A DNA stretch of 64,000 nt from Eledone cirrhosa. Taxonomy: Eukaryota. Of this stretch, positions 1 to 11,220 are shown one piece after another. How positions within the stretch are numbered: the first letter of the stretch is position 1; each line of letters starts with the position of its first letter. The translations under genes were made by a program, and so were the position numbers. Where the stretch lies: contig OZ024741.1 of NCBI GenBank assembly GCA_964016885.1, forward strand, positions 326,182,001-326,246,000, read 5' to 3'. The notes under the pieces were generated by a model. That model did no database searches, had not been told where the DNA came from, and worked only from the letters and a program-made list of their open reading frames with translations.

Positions 1-2515
1 GGGGCTCAAGGGAATTTAATAACTCAACCGGATGATTAAAGATATCGTCAGGGTCTGATGTCCGGTCGATAGATTTGAAGATGTGTTCTTTACCGGGATC
101 TTCTCAATCAGCTGCTCGTTAATAAAATTAAGCATCGCATTTTTCGGAGCAAGTATGGCTCTTTCGCTGAGCCAATCGAGGTTTTTAAAGTTAGATGAGA
201 CATTAGGAAAAACTGCTTCCCAAAGGTCAAAAGGACTGCTCACAATGTTGCACAGGGAGTCGATTGCTATGCCGCAACATTGAGGCAACATTTTTTGAGA
301 ACCAGAGCTTCGTGTGAGCTCTTGCTGATATTGCATGTTGGTATCTCAGTTTTTACTAATTCTAAGGGGAGTTTAAAGGTTGAATGTGCTGTCCTGCCTC
401 CCGGCAGCAGAGTAGCAGCGATCCCGGACGATGCAACGGCCAACGCAAATTTTTTCTCCTGACAAATCTTAGCGAGAATCAATTTCGTTACAAAATATTT
501 TCCTGTACCCCCAGTAGCATCGAGAAAGTAAATATCCCCAGTCTGATTTTGAACCGCGTCAATGATAGTTAAATAGGCCAACCTTTGGTCCAACAGAAGT
601 TTGGGCTCATTTTCCTCTAAGTATTAGGAAAGAGATTCGATGTCATATGCTGTTTCCCGCAACAAATCCGGGGCCAACGTGTTAGCTTCCCCTCTGACGG
701 TTGACAGCAAGCCATACGTCGCCAACTCACTTCCACCAATGTCGAGGAGGGCCTCCTCGATATTAATGAGTGCCCTGTTGTAGATAATGTCACTGGAACC
801 AACTTCGACTGAAGGATACTGCAGATGAGCCAGGCGCAGGAAGTCCTCAGACATGAAGTCTCTGTACCTGACCCATAAAGATTTGGGATCACTCAATTCA
901 CACTCTTGAAGCAATATGGCAAAGAGTTCCCCTAGACCTTTAGGTGATTTCAACAAAGCACCATATGCTAAAGTGGAACCCCATTGCGAATCATCTTCCA
1001 AAAGACCACGCTTAAAGCAGGCTTCCCGGTACGTATCACGTATTTCTCCATCAACAGTTTTGAGGTCCTGAAAACTTTGTGGGCCTACAACTTCATGCAG
1101 AAGAAGGCGGAAATGAAAGCCCTCATGCTGACTTGGGGGCACAGTGTAAAGCCTTCCAAGACAGCTGTCACATTTTACACCAGGATGTCTTTCAACAGTC
1201 TGACCTGACTTTCTTCGCACCCAAGTGTTTTTCGACCATATAAAGTAGGATGGAACCTGGGGGTCCACAATTGTTTGCGCAAATGTATCGAACTGGCAAA
1301 GTTTGGAGAAACCCGTCAGAGTGGTCTCTTTCGGATCGGCGGCCAACTTGGTGGCGGTTTGGTCCGTAAAGTAAACCCTTTGCCCATTTTCCAAATGTAC
1401 CACAAGCTGTACGATGGCGGGGTGCCATTGGTGTAGGGGTAAACCAAATAGGCGCCAAAAAGCTTCATTGCTACTGATGTACCGCCCCGCCAGGTATTCT
1501 GTGACCCCGTCCCTGCTATTTTCAGCTTGAAATGCGAACATTGCAGCATCAGAGTCCTTATTTACATATTTGTATATGTATTTTATCGACTTGACGGAGT
1601 TGAAAATCTCAACGTTGATGTGGCCGTTGAAGATCTTCAAGAGAAGCGGGCAGTAAGGGACCACCCATCTATTGTCGACTTGCCCTCCTTTACTGATGTG
1701 GTGAAGCCACCGTTCTCGGGCCGTCTCCGCCTGTACAGGGGGTACCCGTCGCCACCAGTCTGAGTCTGGTCAACAACTGTTTTTGGGTATACCTTAGTGC
1801 ACGACCCCCCTTTCAGACACGTGTGATGCTCATTAGGACCCGACGCACACGGACCATGTTAGCTTTGACGATGTCATGTAATTCCTGGTCAGTTGCTGGG
1901 TTAGGGATTTCAGCCGAAATGAAGCTGTCTATGGCATTTGAATTGATTTTATCAGCTAACCAAATCAAAATATGAGCATGTGGCAGCCCGCGTTTTTGCC
2001 ATTCGACGGTGAACATGTCACATTTTACAACCCCAAATACCTGAACCCTTTTTGATTAAAGCCACGAGTTTAGCCAGTTTCAGTCTGAACACTCTGGCAA
2101 TGAGGTCATGTCTGTTCGAATAATTTTGCCCAGGAAAAAGTTCACGGCTTACATTCCGATTTATGTGTCTTTGGCATTAATCTGTTATATGAAGTGTTAT
2201 TTTGCGGGTTGTTATTAGCAATAAGCCGATTGAAAATGTCCCAGATAAGCCGTATGTCGATACGGAACGCTCCACTGCAGTGTTGTCATATAGGGAGTGA
2301 AGAGCGACAGAGAGAGTAGAGCAGTTAAATTATAGAGAGGGGGAATGATCATGATCGAATTTTGCCCTTGTTTTTGATGGATTTGAAATTTCTTCATGAC
2401 CCTTTCCTGACCAAAAGAAATAATTGTTCCGACTTTGAATAGAATCTGTTGGAAATTGTGAACGTGCATACGTTACAAACCTTAACACACACATCCTCAG
2501 CTTTATATATATAGA
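1..2515 (-). mobile_element. Helitron, 5' portion (decayed, internally deleted; runs off the window start)
   Basis: Minus strand begins A|TCTATATATATAAAGCTGAGG at 2515 (5'-TC terminus after a host A). Downstream are fragments of Rep and PIF1-like helicase. Confidence 0.88.
16..2100 (-). pseudogene. Helitron Rep/Helicase pseudogene (frameshifted)
   Basis: HUH motif VEWQKRGLPHAHIL (1813-2016). VPY...HINVE...KYIYKYVNK (624-1664). Walker A-like FLDATGGTGK and ASSGIAATLLPGGRTAHSTFKLP of PIF1 helicases (267-593). WLSERAILAPKN (16-336). Confidence 0.92.
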
Positions 2516-3610
2516 TAAGTGAGATCGTGTAAGTACATAGTAGTAGTTTTTGAGTACGTGTTCTTTGGTGGGTAGCTAGATTTGAGATGTACATAGATAC
2601 GTGCATATGGTCCGATAAAAGAGACAATAAATTAGAGATTAATTGCTGGATGTATGTATGATATTTATGGGCTAGGGATGACGGGACATTTGATAAACGT
2701 TTGTTGTAAATGTTTTGCTGATTGTTCTATCTTAATGGGGTTGATGTTGTTACAGGGAGAGAGGGTGAAAAAATGTTCAGAGATTTATGATCCAGTGACC
2801 AGTTGGCCGTTTGATAGCTAATAGCAGTGCGATGGTGTGTATTCTATATGTTAAAATCTAGGTGGTTCAGTACTAATTTAGGGATTGCTGGTTCAATTCA
2901 TGGTGGTTTAAAGTTTGTGAATCTAGTAGCTATTTTATGTCTACAGAGAATAGATCTTACTATTTTGCTCTTATGCAGCATCCCATCGTACCTTAAAATA
3001 TGTAGTAGTTCTAAATTACAAAACCCGCAGTGGGACATACCGTTGTTGTAAGCTTTCGCTACCGATAATTTTGACCAGCTAATCTTATATTCGAGATTTC
3101 TGTCCTTAAGTTGCCAGATTTTATTGGCGAGCGTCGTAGAGTTCTCCAGTGCACGGTTCTTCATGGATTGTCTGTGGACGTACCATATTTTCTTAAACTC
3201 CCCAGACGTGGAGCCTATGTAGTGCCAGGTAGAATTGCCTGAATTCACAGTACACCGGTATACCATACTTGAATCCAGGCATCTATTCTGTAGTGGGCAC
3301 TTATCCGGTAGGTGGCAATTACAATTTGAGGTTTTATTTTGTGCAGGTCAATCGTTGCGGTTTTGTAAGTTGTTGTGGGTGCGTTGTAATTTAAGGCCTA
3401 TTAATGTTGTGATGTGTTCCGATGCGTTTGTGGTTGTGATGTTGTTATGTGTTTGTGTTTTGTATTTGGTACTGTGGTGTGTGTTGGTAGGTTAATTTCT
3501 TTAGATATATTTTTTGTGGTTGATCTTACGTATGTGCGATTTGATGTTGGCTGCAATAGAGGGGAAAGTTTTATAGTTTTTCTATTGAAGATTTTATGGT
3601 AACTTCTCTA
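2516..3610 (-). mobile_element. Penelope-like element (Naiad-type) 3' fragment with GIY-YIG endonuclease
   Basis: ORF 2898-3266 has VYRC..YIGST..H..CGFC..CRHK. It is preceded in frame by a CNCHLPDKCPL (CxCx5C) linker at about 3295-3325. Confidence 0.85.
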
Positions 3611-3968
3611 CCTATTTACCATACATGTATTATTATTGATGTTATTGTTTATATTTTACGCTATTCTATTATTGATGTTATTGTTTTAATTATACGCTAT
3701 TTCTCTATATAAGTCTTGCCTCGAGTGAATTATTTTCATATCTACATGCTTTGATGTGTTGGCCATAGGTGAATAATGTATTGGAGTTCGAACAACGCAA
3801 CTTCAAGCGATTAGCGAACTCTAGACCCACATGATCAACGAAACAATTGCCATATATATATATTATATATCTATATACATATATGCATGCATATACACTC
3901 ACACATGCACACACACAAACACGTACGCCCCCCCCCCCCCATACACGCACACACACAGACACACACAC

Positions 3969-4037
<69 letters not shown>

Positions 4038-4489
4038 TAGATATGATAGATATTAAAAATCCATGCTTTGTCGCGGCATTTATTATATATTATTTATATT
4101 GTTTGAAGAATATAATGTACATATGATGTATTAGAACGACTGATGATGAATTGAGAGAATACACTTTCAGCCATTCCTCCGTACACGGAAAAATATAAGA
4201 CATAATTCTTATATAACAAAAACAACAACAATAACACATACAAGAGTCAGCAGTAAAGTTCGTAGGCTGACTATGAATGATTGATGCCCGAGATTTGAAA
4301 TATTGCAGGTATTAATTTCAGGTCTTCTTATTAATTGCCTGCATTGTTTATTTACTGGGGCTATGTTGAAAAATATATATAATTTGGTCATTTCATGATA
4401 ATATATTTGTCAGCGCATGAACCCTTCAGCCGACCCTCGTAGAAAGAGGACGGTGTGACAGTAAAAACAATAAATATAGAGAAAAACAT

Positions 4490-4870
4490 TATTTTCAATT
4501 TACCGTAACCTTCAAGGATCATTGGGGCGTAGTGATTTGATGCAAGTTACCACCTACCTTCATCAATTCAGCTTATGCGCCGCAAGCAAGAAGTTGGGTT
4601 TTCACGAAGTGTTCGTTGGTCCAAACATAGTGCTAGTTAGTCTTAGTAATTGCCCACACGTCACCTTGTTGCCGTGCGAATCCTTTTGTTTGTCAGGAAA
4701 TCTTTGCTGATCCAACATAACGCTAGTAAGTGGTTAGCAAGTCTTAGTAGTTGCCGACACGTCCATGAATTGCCGCGAGAATACTTTTGTTGCTTATGTA
4801 TTCCGTGTAGGAGATTCCCAGGATTTTTCTTCTGCAGCATCTTATTTAGAATGTCAATATTTTTCTCTGA
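4490..4870 (-). pseudogene. Degenerate RTE-like LINE C-terminal remnant
   Basis: Minus-strand frames give RCCRRKILGISYTEYISNKSIL and PMILEGYG, resembling the C-terminus of RTE ORFs. Heavily disrupted. Confidence 0.45.
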
Positions 4871-5396
4871 AATTTGAAATAAAAAAAGATTTGTAATTAA
4901 CATTCGAGGGGAAATATGCATTTCTCAATATCTGATATTATTTAAATATCATGTGGCTAACAATTTAGAGTTATCTATTTACGTAAGTGAAATATTAGAA
5001 TATCACATCCATATGATATGCATTACGATTTTCCATCTAAATATAGCTAAAACACATAGCCACGTAGGTAATAGAACAGTTTCGAGGCATAACTACACAA
5101 AGTAGTTAACAATATGCCTACACAGAATGGATGACTCAGTCAAGTTTGTTTATATATATATAGTAAACATCTCTTACTATATATAATGTTTGTAGCAACA
5201 TCTCTTTCTCTCTCTCTATGTATAGGGCAGTTGTTATACGTCTTTGAAATACGTATAACAAAATAAATAGGGTTGTGCAAATGAAACCATCTTTGTTGTT
5301 TATTATTATAATAAAACTTCGGATGAACAAAAACCGTGGAGTGCCTTACATCTGTTAAGAAAAAGTCGGCAGATTTTCAATCAACCAACTTTCTTC

Positions 5397-5434
<38 letters not shown>

Positions 5435-5731
5435 TGAAACAAAATGAAAATGAAATTTCATTTCTCACTCTTAGTATGGCACTTACTTAAATGTAAGTAT
5501 GCATGTATACGTACATACATATATGTATACAGACGTACAGTAGCATGCACATATATATATATATATACATATATACATACATGTGCATACAGGTACACAT
5601 ACATATATGCACGTATCAGTTTAGCGGCGCCAACGTCGCTTTGTTCGTTTGTAAACAAACTGAACAGCCTGAATTTATGCCATACGGTGTTAAGGCAACC
5701 ACGTCACCTTTTTGTTCAACACTGACACAGG

Positions 5732-5776
5732 AACGATGTACTAGTTTCAAGCTTGTTAGCTATCATCAGCACCGTT
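5732..5776 (-). ncRNA. Minimal type I hammerhead ribozyme, unit 1
   Basis: AACGGUG-CUGAUGA-U AGCU AACA AGCU U-GAAA-CUAG-UA^-CAUCGUU: 7-bp stem I, intact core, palindromic stem III CUAG. Confidence 0.88.
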
Positions 5777-6197
5777 TACCCATCTGCCAGATAGTTGAAC
5801 GTTCGAAAGTATATACTTTCCTTATGAAAATTAACGGCTGAGCAGCCTAATTTGCATATTGAGTGAGTTAAATCGGTCAGGCATACCGAAAACGATAAAT
5901 TGAAACGTAATGAAAATGAAATTTCATTTCTCACTCTTAGTATGGCACTTACTTAAATGTAAGTATGCATGTATACGTACATACATATATGTATACAGAC
6001 GTACAGTAGCATGCACATATATATATATATATACATATATACATACATGTGCATACAGGTACACATACATATATGCACGTATCAGTTTAGCGGCGCCAAC
6101 GTCGCTTTGTTCGTTTGTAAACAAACTGAACAGCCTGAATTTATGCCATACGGTGTTAAGGCAACCACGTCACCTTTTTGTTCAACACTGACACAGG

Positions 6198-6242
6198 AAC
6201 GATGTACTAGTTTCAAGCTTGTTAGCTATCATCAGCACCGTT
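6198..6242 (-). ncRNA. Minimal type I hammerhead ribozyme, unit 2
   Basis: Identical to 5732-5776. Confidence 0.88.
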
Positions 6243-6663
6243 TACCCATCTGCCAGATAGTTGAACGTTCGAAAGTATATACTTTCCTTATGAAAATTAA
6301 CGGCTGAGCAGCCTAATTTGCATATTGAGTGAGTTAAATCGGTCAGGCATACCGAAAACGATAAATTGAAACAAAATGAAAATGAAATTTCATTTCTCAC
6401 TCTTAGTATGGCACTTACTTAAATGTAAGTATGCATGTATACGTACATACATATATGTATACAGACGTACAGTAGCATGCACATATATATATATATATAC
6501 ATATATACATACATGTGCATACAGGTACACATACATATATGCACGTATCAGTTTAGCGGCGCCAACGTCGCTTTGTTCGTTTGTAAACAAACTGAACAGC
6601 CTGAATTTATGCCATACGGTGTTAAGGCAACCACGTCACCTTTTTGTTCAACACTGACACAGG

Positions 6664-6708
6664 AACGATGTACTAGTTTCAAGCTTGTTAGCTATCATCA
6701 GCACCGTT
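6664..6708 (-). ncRNA. Minimal type I hammerhead ribozyme, unit 3
   Basis: Identical to 5732-5776. Confidence 0.88.
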
Positions 6709-7129
6709 TACCCATCTGCCAGATAGTTGAACGTTCGAAAGTATATACTTTCCTTATGAAAATTAACGGCTGAGCAGCCTAATTTGCATATTGAGTGAGT
6801 TAAATCGGTCAGGCATACCGAAAACGATAAATTGAAACAAAATGAAAATGAAATTTCATTTCTCACTCTTAGTATGGCACTTACTTAAATGTAAGTATGC
6901 ATGTATACGTACATACATATATGTATACAGACGTACAGTAGCATGCACATATATATATATATATACATATATACATACATGTGCATACAGGTACACATAC
7001 ATATATGCACGTATCAGTTTAGCGGCGCCAACGTCGCTTTGTTCGTTTGTAAAGAAACTGAACAGCCTGAATTTATGCCATACGGTGTTAAGGCAACCAC
7101 GTCACCTTTTTGTTCAACACTGACACAGG

Positions 7130-7174
7130 AACGATGTACTAGTTTCAAGCTTGTTAGCTATCATCAGCACCGTT
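7130..7174 (-). ncRNA. Minimal type I hammerhead ribozyme, unit 4
   Basis: Identical to 5732-5776. Confidence 0.88.
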
Positions 7175-7595
7175 TACCCATCTGCCAGATAGTTGAACGT
7201 TCGAAAGCATATACTTTCCTTATGAAAATTAACGGCTGAGCAGCCTAATTTGCATATTGAGTGAGTTAAATCGGTCAGGCATACCGAAAACGATAAATTG
7301 AAACAAAATGAAAATGAAATTTCATTTCTCACTCTTAGTATGGCACTTACTTAAATGTAAGTATGCATGTATACGTACATACATATATGTATACAGACGT
7401 ACAGTAGCATGCACATATATATATATATATACATATATACATACATGTGCATACAGGTACACATACATATATGCACGTATCAGTTTAGCGGCGCCAACGT
7501 CGCTTTGTTCGTTTGTAAACAAACTGAACAGCCTGAATTTATGCCATACGGTGTTAAGGCAACCACGTCACCTTTTTGTTCAACACTGACACAGG

Positions 7596-7640
7596 AACGA
7601 TGTACTAGTTTCAAGCTTGTTAGCTATCATCAGCACCGTT
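7596..7640 (-). ncRNA. Minimal type I hammerhead ribozyme, unit 5
   Basis: Identical to 5732-5776. Confidence 0.88.
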
Positions 7641-7811
7641 TACCCATCTGCCAGATAGTTGAACGTTCGAAAGTATATACTTTCCTTATGAAAATTAACG
7701 GCTGAGCAGCCTAATTTGCATATTGAGTGAGTTAAATCGGTCAGGCATACCGAAAACGATAAATTGAAACAAAATGAAAATGAAATTTCATTTCTCACTC
7801 TTAGTATGGCA

Positions 7812-7861
<50 letters not shown>

Positions 7862-7912
7862 ATGGAATACTGTTAGCTTCTAGCTACAACAATTTCTATA
7901 CTTTTCATTTAG

Positions 7913-7945
<33 letters not shown>

Positions 7946-8066
7946 TACATATTAAATTGAAGAAAGTTGGTTGATTAAAAATCAACAATTAAATATATAT
8001 ATATATATATAAATTAATAAAAATAATGATTAAAAACAAAGAAACAGTTCCTTATATTAAAAAATT

Positions 8067-8202
8067 CATCATTTTTCGATCGTTTCTAGGATATATATGT
8101 GTGTGTTGGTATGTATATCATATAGATCTATGTAATATTTTTAAAAACTATCAGAGGGAATATACATACCTACACATATATATGCTGTCTTCAGAAATAA
8201 TG
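8067..8202 (-). ncRNA. Hammerhead in inverted pLTR arm; cleavage triplet mutated (GUA to GAA)
   Basis: Mirror of 12837-12972 with the U16.1 position changed to A. Confidence 0.65.
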
Positions 8203-8929
8203 ATATTTGTTTATTGAAAAAAACCAACAAAGATTTAATATAATAGGTCTGTTTGGGAACAGGTTTAGAATTGACCAATAGAAAGGTATTAAGTGGTCAA
8301 GATGGTAGAATAGTAGTAATGGAACTTTAATGTAGGGGTAGAGGAAAGCAGATTTCAGTTTTGAATGGAAAGAGTATATTGAATGAAAAGATTATTTGGG
8401 GGATGAAAATAGGTCAAGTCTGTAAAAGGTACACGAAAATTTGATGTTATAAAATAATAATGCTAATGTAAATATCTAAGGAGAATAAAATTTTACGATA
8501 AATGTGTTAGTGAAAAATATCAATCTTATTTAAAACATAAGGAACTTACATCTATAAAAAGAAAATAAATTAATTAAATTGATAGGTATATTTATATTGA
8601 TAAATTTATATTAATTCATATAGATATGATAAATAAGAGTTAGATATAATTGAAGAATGCTGTTAAAAACGAAGGGAAAATAATATAATAATTATTGGGA
8701 GGAGGGGGGTAAATGTATTAGTGAGAAATAACAAATTTATATAGATTATAAGGAATATAGATTCATAACCTGAAATTAAAATAGTTTATATGTATACTTA
8801 TTGGTATAAATTTTAGGAAAAGATAGCTGTAAAAGGGAAATAAAATTATGCAGTTAATTAGTAGTAGAATATTAATTATAGGTTAACTATTTAAAAAAAG
8901 TGTTATAATAATTTGTAAAGTGTATATTA

Positions 8930-11220
8930 ATTAGGTTTATAATATTTAATAGTTCTTCTCATTTTATGATTACATGATATAATTAATTCCTGTCGTTTAT
9001 TTAATAGGATATCCTTAGATTTCATTATTTCAAAAAGTTTCTGGGAACATAATCTACATTCATATCTATTATTTTGATAAGGGGTGGCCCTTTTGAGCAC
9101 ACTCCAGGTCAGGCTATAATCTATATTCCTTTTTCTATAATTATTAATTATTTCAGCTAAGGATGTTGTATTAGCTAATGCGGCATTTATAAAACTATTT
9201 GTGGGTATTAAATCTTACTTTAAATTGGTTAGAAGTAGCTCCTATATATGAATAAGTTGAGTCCCTAGTGTTAATTTTACATTTATATACTATCTTATTA
9301 ATAAGGCAATTTCCTTTTAATGGGCAATTTGCTTTGTTTCTACAGTTACAACCTTTCGTGAATGTTGTATCAGAGGAGATAGTTAAATTAGGTGTGGAAT
9401 TTTCTCGACTTGTATGTGAATGAGATGGTGGTTTGCTGTGGTTTATTTTAGTATTATGGTTAGTTTGATGTATTGGTGGTATATTCATATTTTTTTTACA
9501 TTTATATGCATTAAATGCACTTATATTTTGTTGTATATTTTTGGTTGTTGAGTAGGAGAATTTAACCGTTGATCTATTTAAAATTAGATGGTATTTATGG
9601 TTTGGCGGGAAGTTTTTCTCTAGGATAGTAAAACATTTTTTAGGTATATTATCTTTAATTTGTAGATTAAATGGAGCATTATACCAAGTAACTCGTCTAT
9701 TACGGTTTCGATGTTGTTTATTATTTTTATAGGATGTATCCTGATGTTTATTAAGAGAATTAGTATTAGTGATTTTATTACACATATTTTTAGTTAGATT
9801 CATTGATTTAGGTGTTTTAGCCTGTTTATTAGGAATTTTGTTATTAACATATATTGGAATATTAGGATGGATGGTTTTTTGAAAGTTACTATATTGTATA
9901 TTAGAAGAGTTAGAGAAATTAAGTTTTTTGTTGGTATTTTTGGGTATAGTGTGAGTGGCATTTAGGTGTGTATATTTCATTTGGTGTTTGTTGGTGATAT
10001 TGGGTTGTATGTTTGTAGTGTTATTGGTACAAGGTATATATACTAATTTGTTTTTGTGGCCGCTTCTAACTAAAGCTTCGTTATAAAAGGTCGCATTTTT
10101 ATCAAATACATCCTGGTTAGACGAAAGGTTAGAAATTCTGAGTGAAATATTATATGCTAGATTTTTAAGGATAGATTTACGGTGATTAGATTGTGAGTGC
10201 ATGTAATGTAAGTTTTGGTTAGGTTTATGGTAAGGTTGGTAGATACCCGTAGATAAGTCTAATGTTATATCAAGGAAATTAACTACTTTACTTGTGTTTT
10301 AAAATGTAATATCGAGACTATAATAGTCTTTGAGGAAAGTTCTAATAAGTTTTTTATTTTTTTCAATTTCTGATAGGCTAAGGTTATTGGAAAGAAGAAG
10401 ACAGTCGTCACGATATAAACCACCTTTAAGGTGGGGAAAATAAGTATTTATGTTAAATAGAAGAAAGAGGCCCACAAGATCGGTAATTTGGGCAGAATCA
10501 CTAGAGCCCATAGTAATGTCGAATATATTACCTTATGTGTTTCTGGTCCAGTATTCTTTCTGAAATTCCAGTAGTGTTTGTCTAGCATGTGCGATAATAT
10601 TAATGTCATCCATAGTTAAGTTTGATCTATTTTTGGCAAATATCAAGGCTTTGTTCAGGAGTATAGGTGATATAAAGGAATAATAAGCATCTATATCGAA
10701 TTGTAGAAATGAAGCAGAAGATTTATTTCTAATATTAGTAAACCAGCTAATTACCTGGGATGTGTTTTCCCAGAGTGGTAAAATAACATGTTTTCTTAAT
10801 TGTGGGATGACTCTATCTAAATTTTTTTTACTAATGATGCCAATGTCAGATTTGGAAGGGCATATAAGCCTTATAGAAGGATTAGAGTTAAAATTAGATT
10901 TGTGATATTTCAGGTTAAAATGTGTTTTTTTCAGTGCCAAAGGTTCAGTTCTATCTTCAATATTAAGTCTATTTAATATGTTGTGTGTTTTGTTGTTGAT
11001 GTTGGTAAGTGCCGCATTGTTTGTTTTTTTATAATTTTTCCTGAGTTCTTTATATATGAACTCATTGTAATTATCAATATCCATGTGATACAGATTTCCA
11101 GTTTTGTCAGAGTGGACATGGATTTTGTTAGATTTTTTTAGATCCAATAGGGTAGAATCAAGATCCCTTGGAAAATTAGATTTATATTTCATAAATTTGA
11201 GGTGTTTGATTAAGTTAAAA
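8930..11220 (-). pseudogene. PLE reverse transcriptase + GIY-YIG endonuclease, 5'-truncated, with stop and frameshifts
   Basis: HSDKTGN, RLICPSKSDIG, LQFDIDAYY, MGSSDSAQITDLVG, GGLYRDD, CNCRNKANCPL linker and IVYKC..YIGAT; after a frameshift CRLC..SCNH. TAA at 10533. Confidence 0.92.

Larger units (their letters stand above)
5429..7814 (-). repeat. 466-bp tandem array (5 full units plus about 56 bp), one hammerhead per unit; retrozyme-like
   Basis: Periodicity is visible in ORF starts 5444/5910/6376/6842/7308/7774. Only a few substitutions separate units (near 5906, 7054, 7208). (TA)n lies on both sides. Confidence 0.97.

Noticed and set aside
4500-4890. Possible host exon on the minus strand (TTTCAG acceptor-like site near 4867)
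   Set aside because: All frames are interrupted and the residual peptide resembles an RTE LINE.
5444-7705. Repeated 93-aa, 112-aa and 66-aa ORFs; possible CRISPR-like array
   Set aside because: The ORFs cross microsatellite-like sequence. Units are fully identical with no unique spacers, and there are no cas genes.
8930-11220. Possible selenoprotein-type Naiad (in-frame UGA plus SECIS)
   Set aside because: The interruptions are TAA/TAG or frameshifts, not UGA at Cys positions. The ATGACG motifs in the 44659-44930 repeat lack the apical AA and GA quartet spacing of a SECIS.
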